From Leucoraja ocellata (lineage: Eukaryota): 64,000 nt of DNA. Every line of letters begins with the position of its first letter. The first letter of the stretch is position 1. The notes under the pieces were generated by a model. That model did not search any database and was not told the DNA's origin. It was given only the letters and a program-made list of their open reading frames with translations. Both the position numbers and the translations under genes were made by a program. Below, in pieces: positions 63,255 to 64,000 of this stretch. The stretch spans positions 248,001 to 312,000 of the forward strand of contig JAWMAR010000384.1 in assembly GCA_036785375.1 (NCBI GenBank), given 5' to 3'.

Positions 63255-64000
63255 CTGTGAAGTAAAGATGAGGAAAATGTGAGGGCAAATGTAACTAATA
63301 TATTGCAATCATCCTGCTCATCCACTGACTGATTAATGCATTGTCCAATTTTGAGGAATCAAAGATATCTGATTAGTTTGTGATCGTCATTAACACCATT
63401 GAAAATTATTATTATGAATGGAATAATAATTATGAATGGAAAAATTTGCGGAGGCCAGAAATATGAAAGAAAAACAGAAAATGAGAGAAATGTTAAGCAA
63501 GTCCTGCAGCATCTGTGGAATAATTGCATGAAAGGTCTTGCACTTGAAATGTTTCTCTTCCATAGTTGCGACATGACCAGCTGACCAATTTCAGTATTTT
63601 CTATTTTTATTACTGCACTCTCACCATCAGAGAAGTCATCAGAAAAAAATATTTGATCAATATTGATTTTAATAGTCTCATCTATCTTTGTCATTGCGAT
63701 TGGTTAGCATTGCTGGGTTCCCATAAGTGCCGACAGCCATTGATTGCATTTATGTGACCACAAGGACTCCCATTATTAATGCACTTTTTTTATTATCAAG
63801 AAAAAAATTATCTTTCCCCTAACCAGTTTTCAAGAGTTTTCATCCAATTTAGCTGAGAATGATGCACATCACAGTGTATCGATCAGATTGTGTAGGAATG
63901 AACTGCAGATGCTGGTTTCAACCAAAGATAGGCACAAAAAAACTGGAATAACTCAGCAGGACAGGCAGCATCTCTGGAGAAAAGGAATAGGTGACGTTTC

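Overview
Vertebrate genomic DNA, almost certainly a cartilaginous fish (probably a skate or ray; inferred from the gene and repeat types). The left ~39 kb holds three tandem immunoglobulin light-chain clusters on the + strand, each with a promoter, leader exon, germline-joined VJ exon, ~3 kb intron and C exon. They are of the chondrichthyan type II (lambda) isotype. Clusters 1 and 2 are intact and lie in recent ~15-16.5 kb tandem duplication units whose junction can be read in the sequence. Cluster 3 is older and divergent and is frameshifted in this assembly. Immediately downstream and convergent (- strand) are GP1BB (frameshifted and running into an N-gap) and the last eight coding exons of SEPTIN5. 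These are the genes of human 22q11.2, the band that also carries human IGL. The rest is dominated by CR1 LINE fragments, V-SINE/HE1-like SINEs, an RTE-X-like fragment and short inverted-repeat elements carrying minimal hammerhead-ribozyme-like motifs. There are two assembly gaps (11706-11839 and 42210-42409).
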